Of a stretch of DNA of 24,000 nucleotides, positions 16,669-24,000 are shown piece by piece. Location: the NCBI GenBank assembly GCA_964354405.1, contig CAYGZP010000001.1:336134-360133 (forward strand), read 5' to 3'. The notes under the pieces are model-generated. The model saw nothing but the letters and a program-made list of their open reading frames with translations, was not told where the DNA came from and searched no databases. The stretch comes from Candidatus Woesearchaeota archaeon. GTDB lineage: Archaea > Nanobdellota > Nanobdellia > Pacearchaeales > UBA284. Numbering within the stretch: the first letter of the stretch is position 1; each line of letters opens with the position of its first letter. Made by a program: the position numbers and the translations under genes.

Positions 16669-17130
16669 ATGCAAGAAAAAAGAAGGTTAGGGGCGAGGAA
16701 GAAAGCAAAATATGGATTGAGCTGCGGGGTTGTTATCTTTAATATCAATAAAAAAAAGCCCGAGTATCTATTAGTGAAATATCCAACTTATTGGGGCTTT
16801 GTTCGAGGGCAAGTCGAGCCCGGAGAAACCGAAGAGCTCACAGCGTTTCGCGAAGCAGTAGAAGAAGCGGGCTTGCGCGATTTAATTTTCGTTCCGGGCT
16901 TTCGTGAAGCAAGCAGTTATTTCTTTAAGAGGGGAGAAGAGATGATAAGAAAAGATGATGTCTACTTGCTCGCTAAAACAGCAACATGGAATGTAAAGAT
17001 AAGCCATGAGCACGAGAATATAAAATGGGCCAGTTTTGAAGAAGCCCTGGTTTTGATGAAGCACAAAGCAATGCGCGATATCGTCACAAAAGCGCATTAT
17101 CTTATCAACACTCACATGAAGATTTGGTGA
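16669..17130 (+). CDS. Nudix hydrolase (Ap4A-hydrolase-like)
   Basis: Complete Nudix box GQVEPGETEELTAFREAVEEAGL (GX5EX7REUXEEXGU). Confidence 0.9.
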   Translation: MQEKRRLGARKKAKYGLSCGVVIFNINKKKPEYLLVKYPTYWGFVRGQVEPGETEELTAFREAVEEAGLRDLIFVPGFREASSYFFKRGEEMIRKDDVYLLAKTATWNVKISHEHENIKWASFEEALVLMKHKAMRDIVTKAHYLINTHMKIW

Positions 17131-17142
17131 GCTGGTGAAAAA

Positions 17143-17427
17143 ATGACAGAAGGATGTATTGACAAAAAAGTAAGGGAGATTTTTAGTATAATTGATAAAG
17201 CCACCAAGAAATTTAAAATAAAGAAAGAATATATCTTAATTAGGCTCGAGTCAGGAAATCCCGCATATAGCGCGAAGATTCGTATCTCTAACAATGAAAT
17301 GCCAATCGCGAACAGAAAATTTTTGAATTATGTACAATCAAAAATAACCAAGAAATTCAAAGATATCTCGTCAGTGAATTATGACGCAAACATATACAAG
17401 CGGAATGAAGAAGGAATCCCGTTTTAA
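17143..17427 (+). CDS. Hypothetical protein
   Basis: Complete 94-aa ORF with SD-like ggtga (ctggtgaaaaaATG), 12 nt after the Nudix ORF. Confidence 0.5.
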   Translation: MTEGCIDKKVREIFSIIDKATKKFKIKKEYILIRLESGNPAYSAKIRISNNEMPIANRKFLNYVQSKITKKFKDISSVNYDANIYKRNEEGIPF

Positions 17428-17549
17428 TATAATTTTTTCAAAACCCCTTTTTTGTTAGTTATTTCGCTTAAATCACATTTTATTAGATTATATTCTATTC
17501 ATTATATTTTTTTCTCATAATGCTTATATATCAGCGCGAGCTAAGAAAA

Positions 17550-17627
17550 ACAAGCTAGCTGAGAAAAAAGGCAATTTTTGTCCTTCCTGGGAAAGAGGGG
17601 ACAAAAAGGGGTGTTCTTTACACTCTT
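17550..17627 (+). ncRNA. Candidate unclassified small RNA
   Basis: TATA-like gcttatatat at 17522-17531. About 25 nt later a transcript could begin containing hairpin TTTTTGTCC(17575-17583)/GGACAAAAA(17599-17607), then GTGT-TCTTT-ACAC (17611-17623) and CTCTTTTT. No ORF. Confidence 0.35.
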
Positions 17628-17635
17628 TTTATCTT

Positions 17636-18823
17636 CTATTTGGTCATTATTCTGATTATATCATCGTTCTTTAACTGATATTCCTTAGAAAGTCTCTTGT
17701 GGCTTCTCGCATCTATTGCAGCGACAAACTTGTTTCCTATGTCTGTGTGGATAGCGAAAGCAAGTTCTAAAGCAGTCGAACCTTGTGGCAAAAGTATTGC
17801 ATCAGGCAAAATGTTTCCTTTGCCATCACTGAAATGATTTTCATTTTCAACAGGATAAGCGACAATATATTTCAATAAAGAAAAGAGAGCTTCATTCAAG
17901 CATTGTTGTACTCCTGTGGCTCCGTAATTCTCAAATATCTTGTCTTTGATAAACTGTAATCCCTTCTTCTGCTGCTCATTTAACGCGTTATCGTTAACAC
18001 TGAATTTGTTTTCTCCGGCAACATAATTTATTTTTCCATCTCGCGCAGCCTCTCTCAAAGCGAGCTCGCTCTCTGCAGAGCAAGGAATCACAAGCAGCTC
18101 GGGAAATTCTTTTCTTAACTTTTCAATGTTTTCTTGAGCCTTAGGCATATCGCTTTTATTTGCCGCGATTATTAAAGGCTTGCTAAGTTTTCTCAACTTG
18201 TGGACAAATTCAAAAAGTTTCTCATCTTTCCATGTCGCAAAATTCTCATTCAAATTGCAATTTCTCATCGCTTCTTTAACCATATTGACTGTTATCTTCA
18301 ATCCAGAAAACTGATTTGCGAGGATGTCAACAGGTTTTTCCTCTGAAATTTGCGCCTTTCTCGCGAGCACTTTCCAATTCTCCCCGACAATGCCATAAAA
18401 CCACTGGTCAATCTCATCCTCAAGAAATCTGACATCATGACAAGGATCATAGTTTTCTGTAGGCTTACCTTCTTCATTTGTCAGGCCGCTCGCATCAACA
18501 ACATGAATTAAAACATCAGCCTGTCTCAAATCATCCAAGAATTTATTTCCTAAACCCTTGCCCAAATGCGCTCCTGGAACTAATCCAGCAACGTCGAGAA
18601 GCTTGACAGGGATGAAGCGATTGCCCTCAATGCAAAAGCCATGATTTGGCTTGCATTTTATTTTTAATTCAACATCCTGGCACTTTACTTTCACGAAGCC
18701 CACTCCCTCATTTGCTTTTATTGTTGTAAAAGGATAATTTGCTATAGCGACTTCAGCGAGAGTCGAGGCTTTGAAAAAAGTTGATTTTCCAGTATTGGGC
18801 TTACCAACCACTCCTATTAACAT
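17636..18823 (-). CDS. ychF: YchF/Obg-like GTPase
   Basis: MLIGVVGKPNTGKSTFFKASTLAEVAIANYPFTTIKANEGVGFV, KLLDVAGLVPGAHLGKGLGNKFLDDLRQADVLIHVVDASG, IIAANKSDMPKA, C-terminal TGS-like region. Confidence 0.95.
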   Translation of the reverse strand: MLIGVVGKPNTGKSTFFKASTLAEVAIANYPFTTIKANEGVGFVKVKCQDVELKIKCKPNHGFCIEGNRFIPVKLLDVAGLVPGAHLGKGLGNKFLDDLRQADVLIHVVDASGLTNEEGKPTENYDPCHDVRFLEDEIDQWFYGIVGENWKVLARKAQISEEKPVDILANQFSGLKITVNMVKEAMRNCNLNENFATWKDEKLFEFVHKLRKLSKPLIIAANKSDMPKAQENIEKLRKEFPELLVIPCSAESELALREAARDGKINYVAGENKFSVNDNALNEQQKKGLQFIKDKIFENYGATGVQQCLNEALFSLLKYIVAYPVENENHFSDGKGNILPDAILLPQGSTALELAFAIHTDIGNKFVAAIDARSHKRLSKEYQLKNDDIIRIMTK

Positions 18824-18884
18824 TCAAGAAACAGGGCAAAAGCATATAAAAACTTTTATAAATTGATTTGGCTTTGCGTTTCTA

Positions 18885-19000
18885 CGGGCCTGTAGCTCAG
18901 CCTGGTTTAGAGCAATGGTCTTATATGGCCGCAATCCAATCTCGGATTGTCAAGACTCTAAGATAGCCATAGGTCCTGGGTTCAAGTCCCAGCAGGCCCA
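18885..19000 (+). tRNA. tRNA-Ile(UAU) with intron 18925..18964 (40 nt)
   Basis: Acceptor GGGCCUG/CAGGCCC, D stem GCUC/GAGC, anticodon stem AUGGU/GCCAU with spliced loop CU-UAU-AA, T arm CUGGG-UUCAAGU-CCCAG, A73. Canonical BHB: CUUA/UAAG central helix with UA^U and AU^A bulges. TATA-like ttttataaa about 27 nt upstream. Confidence 0.92.
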
Positions 19001-19133
19001 CTTTTCTCTTCGCCCCTCTTTTTTTCTTTAGTGGTTTATTTTTGTTCCTTGAAAATGACAAAATTTATATATAGCTTTTTCTTTAGTTTTTGGCTAAGGA
19101 TAAGAAGTATAAGATAAGAGCAAGGTAATTAAA

Positions 19134-20342
19134 ATGACAAACAAGCTTGAAAACGAAGTACAAAGATTGCGTATTCTCTTTAATTTGCACGGCTCTATAA
19201 TGGAAATTATTAATTCTGGAGTGCCATTAAATTCTACATTACAATTAAGCCTTGAAGAAATTTGTAAGGTAACAACAGGTTCAAATACGGCAATATTTCT
19301 GCCTAATGAATCTGATGAGCTTGAAATTGTTGCTGCTACGGGAGATTATGGACATGAATTAAAAGAGAAAGCAAAATATAAAGAAAAAGGAATTGTAAGA
19401 TGGGTTTATGACAACAACGACAGTGTTTATGAGCCAGATTTTAATAATGTCGATTGGAAAACTAGAAAATATAAACCTGCACTTATAGATCTTTATCCTA
19501 AAGAAATGAATTCAGTTTTGGTTATTCCTTTAGCTTCTCCTTCTGGCAAATACGGTGTTCTTGAATTATTCAGTTCAAATAAAGAAGCATTTGACGGAGA
19601 GACTCTAGATTCCTTATTTATCACTTCTTCTACACTTGCACAAACAATACAGAATGTTAAGTTAAGAGAGATTGAAGCAAGGATGAGAGAAGAGTTAATC
19701 AATTCGAAAGAACGCGAAAGGAATCATCTCATCGATCTTTTAGGCCTCACTTATCATGCTGTTGAAAAGGAATCTATTTTAAAAGACCATTCGGCAGAAG
19801 TCGCTGGACTTAGCAAAGGATTTGCAGCATATCTTGGTTATGATAAAGATTACCAGAACAAAATATACTTAGGAGCAAGAATCCATGATGTTGGAAAATT
19901 AGAGATAGCTGGGTGGTTTAAAGGCAAGCACAGCAGAAAGAGATACAAAAAACCCGAGTTGCCAGAGATAATAAAATCTCATGCAATCCGTGGCCATGGT
20001 ATTTTGAAAGAGTATCATATTAGAGATATCTTTTATCAAAATATAGTACGAGACCATCATCAAAGATGGGATGGGGCTGGTTATCCTGCTAATGGTAAAC
20101 CTCTTAAAGGAGATGAAATCTCAACCGAAGCACAAATTGTTGGCTTGGCAGATACTTACAACGCCTTAATTTCAGAGAGGCCATATAGACAAAAAAACTT
20201 TTTAGGCTTAGGTTTGATTTGGTATGGTCCTAAGGCTTTTACAAAAGAGCAGGCACTGCAAATAATAGAACAAGGGTCAGGCACTCATTTCAATCCTGTT
20301 TTAGGAAAAAAATTCATAGAATTTGTTAAAAAAACAACATAA
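19134..20342 (+). CDS. GAF domain + HD-GYP domain protein
   Basis: GAF-like N-terminal half. HD-GYP motifs: GARIHDVGKLEIAG, SHAIRGHGIL, VRDHHQRWDGAGYPANGKPLKGDEISTEAQIVGLADTYNALISERPYR. Confidence 0.9.
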   Translation: MTNKLENEVQRLRILFNLHGSIMEIINSGVPLNSTLQLSLEEICKVTTGSNTAIFLPNESDELEIVAATGDYGHELKEKAKYKEKGIVRWVYDNNDSVYEPDFNNVDWKTRKYKPALIDLYPKEMNSVLVIPLASPSGKYGVLELFSSNKEAFDGETLDSLFITSSTLAQTIQNVKLREIEARMREELINSKERERNHLIDLLGLTYHAVEKESILKDHSAEVAGLSKGFAAYLGYDKDYQNKIYLGARIHDVGKLEIAGWFKGKHSRKRYKKPELPEIIKSHAIRGHGILKEYHIRDIFYQNIVRDHHQRWDGAGYPANGKPLKGDEISTEAQIVGLADTYNALISERPYRQKNFLGLGLIWYGPKAFTKEQALQIIEQGSGTHFNPVLGKKFIEFVKKTT

Positions 20343-20381
20343 TAGCAATCTTTTTATATCATTTTTATCTTGTTCTTTAAA

Positions 20382-20454
20382 GCTCCCGTGGTGTAGAGGC
20401 CAAGCATCAAGCCCTTTCGAGGCTTGGACACGGGTTCGAATCCCGTCGGGAGCA
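20382..20454 (+). tRNA. tRNA-Glu(UUC)
   Basis: Acceptor GCUCCCG/CGGGAGC, anticodon arm AAGCC-CUUUCGA-GGCUU, T arm ACGGG-UUCGAAU-CCCGU, A73. TATA-like ttttatatc about 27 nt upstream. Confidence 0.96.
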
Positions 20455-20469
20455 TTTTTTATTTTAAAA

Positions 20470-21099
20470 ATGGAAAAGGAAAAAGGGGGATTAACACAAT
20501 CTCAGGGAAAGAAACTTTTGAAACTCGCTCGCAATACAATCAAATATCATTTCGCTGGCAAAGAGTTGGCTTATGCACCAGAACACAAGGAATTCAAGGA
20601 AGCTCGAGGAGTTTTTGTCACGCTCACTAAAAGTGGCGAGTTGCGCGGTTGCATCGGATTTCCTTATCCTTACAAGCCCCTTGCTGGGGCAATTGTCGAG
20701 GCTGCCAAAGCCGCAGCTTTCCAGGATCCGCGGTTCATGCCTTTGCGCAAAGAAGAGTTTGACAAGATAAAAATAGAGATTTCTGTGCTGACAATTCCTC
20801 AAGAACTCCAGGCGAGAGGACAAGACATCTTGAAAGAAATAAAAATTGGAAAAGATGGATTGATTATACAATTCTCCGGGTTCTCAGGATTACTCTTGCC
20901 TCAAGTGGCGCTTGAGTTCAGATGGAACGAGTTGCAATTTATCGAAGCGACATGCCATAAAGCTGGATTGACAAACAATGCTTGGCTCAATCCTCAATCT
21001 CGCATTTACAAATTCCAAGCTCAGATATTTTCAGAAGAAAAGAAAAAGCGAGTTAAGAAAACAATTAGTATCAAGGAAAAACCTAAGAAAAGCAAATAA
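20470..21099 (+). CDS. AMMECR1 domain protein (start revised from 20323 to 20470)
   Basis: ARGVFVTLTKSGELRGCIGFPYPYKPLAGAIVEAAKAAAFQDPRFMPLRKEEFDKIKIEISVLT. Confidence 0.92.
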   Translation: MEKEKGGLTQSQGKKLLKLARNTIKYHFAGKELAYAPEHKEFKEARGVFVTLTKSGELRGCIGFPYPYKPLAGAIVEAAKAAAFQDPRFMPLRKEEFDKIKIEISVLTIPQELQARGQDILKEIKIGKDGLIIQFSGFSGLLLPQVALEFRWNELQFIEATCHKAGLTNNAWLNPQSRIYKFQAQIFSEEKKKRVKKTISIKEKPKKSK

Positions 21100-21112
21100 T
21101 TTTATAAGATAA

Positions 21113-21502
21113 TTAAATGACTATCTCAGGAAAAGAAACTTTGTAACAATTCAATCTGTTGAAGGATTTCATATATTTCTCATAATCTGTTATCTTCGCC
21201 AAACTATCAACTTCTTGCAAGACTCGAGTCATTATATTGACCATTTTCTCTTTCATCTCATCTTCTTTGTCTATAATAGCGGTTTCTGTGCCTGTAGTTC
21301 TCTTGATGTCATTGAAAGTTGTCATCACAAAGTTGATTACGTTTGTTCCTAAAGCAAACTGCCTGTGAATCTTGTCTTTATTGCTGAAACCTTTTACAGA
21401 AGCGGTGTATCCGAACGAGAGGTCCATGTATTTTTTGCCCAAGTTAACTGTATTGATTTTGAATTCATCAATTGTTAGTTTAGGTGGGATTATTTCAACC
21501 AT
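21113..21502 (-). CDS. Hypothetical protein
   Basis: 129-aa ORF, no recognised motif. Convergent with AMMECR1. Confidence 0.5.
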   Translation of the reverse strand: MVEIIPPKLTIDEFKINTVNLGKKYMDLSFGYTASVKGFSNKDKIHRQFALGTNVINFVMTTFNDIKRTTGTETAIIDKEDEMKEKMVNIMTRVLQEVDSLAKITDYEKYMKSFNRLNCYKVSFPEIVI

Positions 21503-21626
21503 TTTACCTTTTTTTGTTATTTTACAATTTTCTATATTCTTACCTTTTTATAAACTTTGTTGTTTTTCATTCTATATAACTCTTTATTACAATAAACCTT
21601 ATAATAAATAACGAGTTCGAGAGATA

Positions 21627-22355
21627 ATGAAAATCCCGACAGGCTCAGGCGAGCTCGACAGATGGCTTCAGGGGGGCTATGAAACCGATATTATAACAAC
21701 TTTCTACGGCCCTGCAGGCAGCGGCAAGAGCAATTTGTGTGTCATGGCTTCAAGTCAGCAAGCCTCGCGAGGGAAGAAAGTCATTTTTATTGACACAGAA
21801 GGCGGATTTAGCATAACAAGATTAAAACAAATCGCTCCCGAAACAGCAACCAAGAATATTATCTTGTTCAAAGCCACGCGATTCTACGAACAATGCAAAG
21901 CCTTTGACAAGCTACTTGATTTAATTTCAGGAAATCAGAACATTGGTTTGATTGTTGTTGATAGCATGACAATGTTATATCGCCTCGAGTTAGGGGAAGC
22001 AAGTCAAGAAAAAGATAGGGAGAGAATTAACATTATCAACAGAGCTTTGCTAAAACAATTGCGAATCTTGACAGAGATTGCCCGCAAGAAGCATATCCCT
22101 ATACTCGTGACAAACCAGGTGTACAGCGAGTTTCTTTCGCGGGAAGATTTTGAAGCAGGCAAGGAGAGAAAAGTTGTGATGGTTGCCGGCGATATCTTGA
22201 GATACTGGAGCAAATGTATTATCGAGCTGCAGAACATGGGGCAGGGCAAGAAGCGCGCGATTCTAAGAAAACACCGCTCGCTTCCAGAGAAAGATTTCAT
22301 ATTTTTTATAACAAATAAAGGAATCGAGCGCGAGAGAAAGTTCAAACTGTTTTGA
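21627..22355 (+). CDS. radB: RadB-like DNA repair and recombination protein
   Basis: TGSGELDRWLQGGYETDIITTFYGPAGSGKSNLCVMAS (Walker A), VIFIDTEGGFSITRL, IGLIVVDSMTMLYR, NQVYSEF, compact RecA core. Confidence 0.88.
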   Translation: MKIPTGSGELDRWLQGGYETDIITTFYGPAGSGKSNLCVMASSQQASRGKKVIFIDTEGGFSITRLKQIAPETATKNIILFKATRFYEQCKAFDKLLDLISGNQNIGLIVVDSMTMLYRLELGEASQEKDRERINIINRALLKQLRILTEIARKKHIPILVTNQVYSEFLSREDFEAGKERKVVMVAGDILRYWSKCIIELQNMGQGKKRAILRKHRSLPEKDFIFFITNKGIERERKFKLF

Positions 22356-22415
22356 TTTTTGATTGTTATTCTTGATTAAATAAATGTTTATAAAGTTTAA
22401 AGGTTTTGTTGAAAT

Positions 22416-23219
22416 ATGGGATTAGAATTAGTTTTAGCATTGAGTTTGTTCACAGCATCTCCAGGAGATGTTAAGACAACTCCCAACCCAAACAGTCTTG
22501 TTTATGTGATGAATGTAAACAATCAGGCAACAGAGATAGACACTGGATTTTTGACAGTTATCTCGCAGCATGGGCCGCCAAAAACTTCTAGAGTTTATCC
22601 TACAAACAATGGGCTTGTGGTTCATGCAGTCGAGGCTCCATTATATCCCGATGACACTCTTAGCCTTAAGGTCATAGGCCCTAATGGAGTTACATGGCAC
22701 AAGGCATTGGCAGAGAGCTTGTCAAATCAGTATAAAGATTTGCAGCTTTTCATGAACGGCTTTGGATTGAATGTGTTAAACATAAGAGATATCTCAGGAA
22801 TTTCTGGACAAGTTTATGGAGTTGTTAAATTTAACAGCAACCCTAACGAATCTCTTGTAGTTGCAGCAGATACAGCAGGAACAAAATTCACTGATTTTGC
22901 AGCTAATGCCAAATTGCTTACTGGCTATGCGCTCGGAGCACAAGGGAAAATAACTTTTGTGAAAGCAGGGGTCAACGGCTACACAACTGTTCCATTTACA
23001 ATCTCAGAAGCAAAGGGTATGGGGATATATGCTGCCTTGGATGTCACATTTCCACAAAATACAGGAATCGAACTTGAAAGAACCGCCCTTAAGAGAAATC
23101 TGCCTTATGAAAACGCGATTTATGACATTATGGGCAGAAAGGTTTCTTCAATGAAAAGCCCGGGCATCTATTTCGAGAGAAAAGGTAACGAAGTGAAAAA
23201 GGTTTTGATAGTTAGATAA
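22416..23219 (+). CDS. Hypothetical, possibly exported protein with T9SS-type-A-sorting-like C-terminus
   Basis: Hydrophobic N-terminus GLELVLALSLFTAS, beta-rich body, C-terminus NAIYDIMGRKVSSMKSPGIYFERKGNEVKKVLIVR. Confidence 0.6.
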   Translation: MGLELVLALSLFTASPGDVKTTPNPNSLVYVMNVNNQATEIDTGFLTVISQHGPPKTSRVYPTNNGLVVHAVEAPLYPDDTLSLKVIGPNGVTWHKALAESLSNQYKDLQLFMNGFGLNVLNIRDISGISGQVYGVVKFNSNPNESLVVAADTAGTKFTDFAANAKLLTGYALGAQGKITFVKAGVNGYTTVPFTISEAKGMGIYAALDVTFPQNTGIELERTALKRNLPYENAIYDIMGRKVSSMKSPGIYFERKGNEVKKVLIVR

Positions 23220-23232
23220 GAATCAAACAAAG

Positions 23233-24000
23233 TTAGATAGCAACTTGTGATTTCTTTTTACTCTTTTCTTTAGCTTTTGCTTTCCTTTCTTTGGCTTTTT
23301 TTGCCTTTGCTTTTTCTTTGGCCTTTTCTTTCATTTCTTTCTCTTTATCTAGTGCCTTCAATGCTCTCGCTTCTTTTCTTTCTGCGATTGCTTTTCTTGT
23401 CGGGCATTCAGGATTCAAGCAGAATAGCCATGGCGGCCTTGCTTTCTTTATTAACAACAACATTGGCCATCCGCATTCGCACTTCTTATCGCTAAGTTTG
23501 ATCAAGCCGAACTGAGGCAATCCAAAAGTCGTTTTGCAGTTAGGATATTTGTTGCATGCTGCGAATCTTTTTCCTCTTCGACTTCTCAAGATAACTAAAT
23601 CACCTTCATGACACACCGGACATTTGAATAATGTATTAGTTATTCTTTCCTGCTCTTGTGCTTCATTGTGCGCTTTCAATAATTCTTTTCCAATCTCTTT
23701 TTCATGCTTTTTGAAAACCTCCGCAATTTTCAAAAGGAGTTTTTTTGCTTCTTCTAGGATTTTGTGTTCTTCTTTCAACATCTTTTCCTTGGATTTCTCC
23801 TCAACAAGCTTGTCCATCTCTTCCTCAAAATTTCTTGTCAGCTTTTCATCAAGTATGAGAGGACAATTTTTTTCAAGAGCTTCTGCAACACTCATCCCTA
23901 TCTTTGTCGCTTCAATCGCTCTTGCTGTGATATACCCTCTTTTATAGAGAGTATCAACAATGTTTGCTCGAGTTGCTTTAGTCCCAAGCTCGCGCTTCTC
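23233..24000 (-). CDS. topA: DNA topoisomerase I (type IA), C-terminal part (5' end outside window)
   Basis: The frame stays open to the window edge and reads EKRELGTKATRANIVDTLYKRGYITARAIEATKIGMSVAEALEKNCPLI. C-terminal zinc fingers (CPVCHEGDL...CNKYPNC; CECG...CLNPECP) and a Lys/Ala-rich tail. Confidence 0.92.
   Translation of the reverse strand, partial: EKRELGTKATRANIVDTLYKRGYITARAIEATKIGMSVAEALEKNCPLILDEKLTRNFEEEMDKLVEEKSKEKMLKEEHKILEEAKKLLLKIAEVFKKHEKEIGKELLKAHNEAQEQERITNTLFKCPVCHEGDLVILRSRRGKRFAACNKYPNCKTTFGLPQFGLIKLSDKKCECGWPMLLLIKKARPPWLFCLNPECPTRKAIAERKEARALKALDKEKEMKEKAKEKAKAKKAKERKAKAKEKSKKKSQVAI

Noticed and set aside
17550-17627. C/D or H/ACA guide RNA assignment for the orphan hairpin locus
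   Set aside because: No RUGAUGA C box and no convincing pseudouridylation pocket plus ACA geometry, so it is left unclassified.
20323-20469. N-terminal 49 residues of ORF 20323..21099
   Set aside because: This segment runs through the end of the HD-GYP gene and the whole of tRNA-Glu; AMMECR1 homology starts after the ATG at 20470.
23233-23330. KAKEK-type repeats at the topA 3' end as a DNA repeat element
   Set aside because: This is in-frame low-complexity Lys/Ala/Glu coding sequence of the basic protein tail.
23277-23947. Plus-strand ORFs over topA (23277, 23291, 23624)
   Set aside because: Antisense to topoisomerase, which stays in frame to the window edge; Phe/Leu/Ser-rich artefacts.
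1-24000. CRISPR array, transposon, retron/DGR or toxin-antitoxin/defence island
   Set aside because: I found no direct-repeat arrays, transposase, integrase, RT or defence signature genes; the gene content is predominantly core or surface-related.

Overview
This is a 24 kb chromosomal window from an archaeon, probably a DPANN-type genome (inference from gene content and compactness). It is mostly housekeeping. There is an EcfT C-terminus (left edge), short alaS, a DUF3795-like gene, elp3, a metallophosphoesterase, a membrane-anchored M23-like peptidase and serS. These are followed by a five-gene cluster of class III-signal-peptide pilin-like proteins, SRP RNA, intron-containing tRNA-Leu(UAA), a coiled-coil protein, a protein resembling a stand-alone N-terminal domain of a pilus/secretion ATPase, rfcS and rfcL. 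Further right are a TrmB-effector-like protein, a Nudix hydrolase, ychF, intron-containing tRNA-Ile(UAU), a GAF+HD-GYP protein, tRNA-Glu(UUC), AMMECR1, radB, a protein with a T9SS-like C-terminus, and the 3' part of topA (right edge). I see no CRISPR array, transposase, RT or recognisable defence island. The observations most worth following up are: a hairpin present both inside the tRNA-Leu intron and just downstream of it, with pair-preserving differences; SRP RNA abutting a pilin cluster and mis-called as part of an ORF; an ATPase-NTD-like protein with no ATPase core; a tRNA-Ile(UAU) with an intron; an orphan promoter-hairpin-terminator locus near 17.55 kb; an HD-GYP protein in an archaeon; a bacterial-type AlaRS without C-Ala; and a T9SS-like tail on an archaeal protein.
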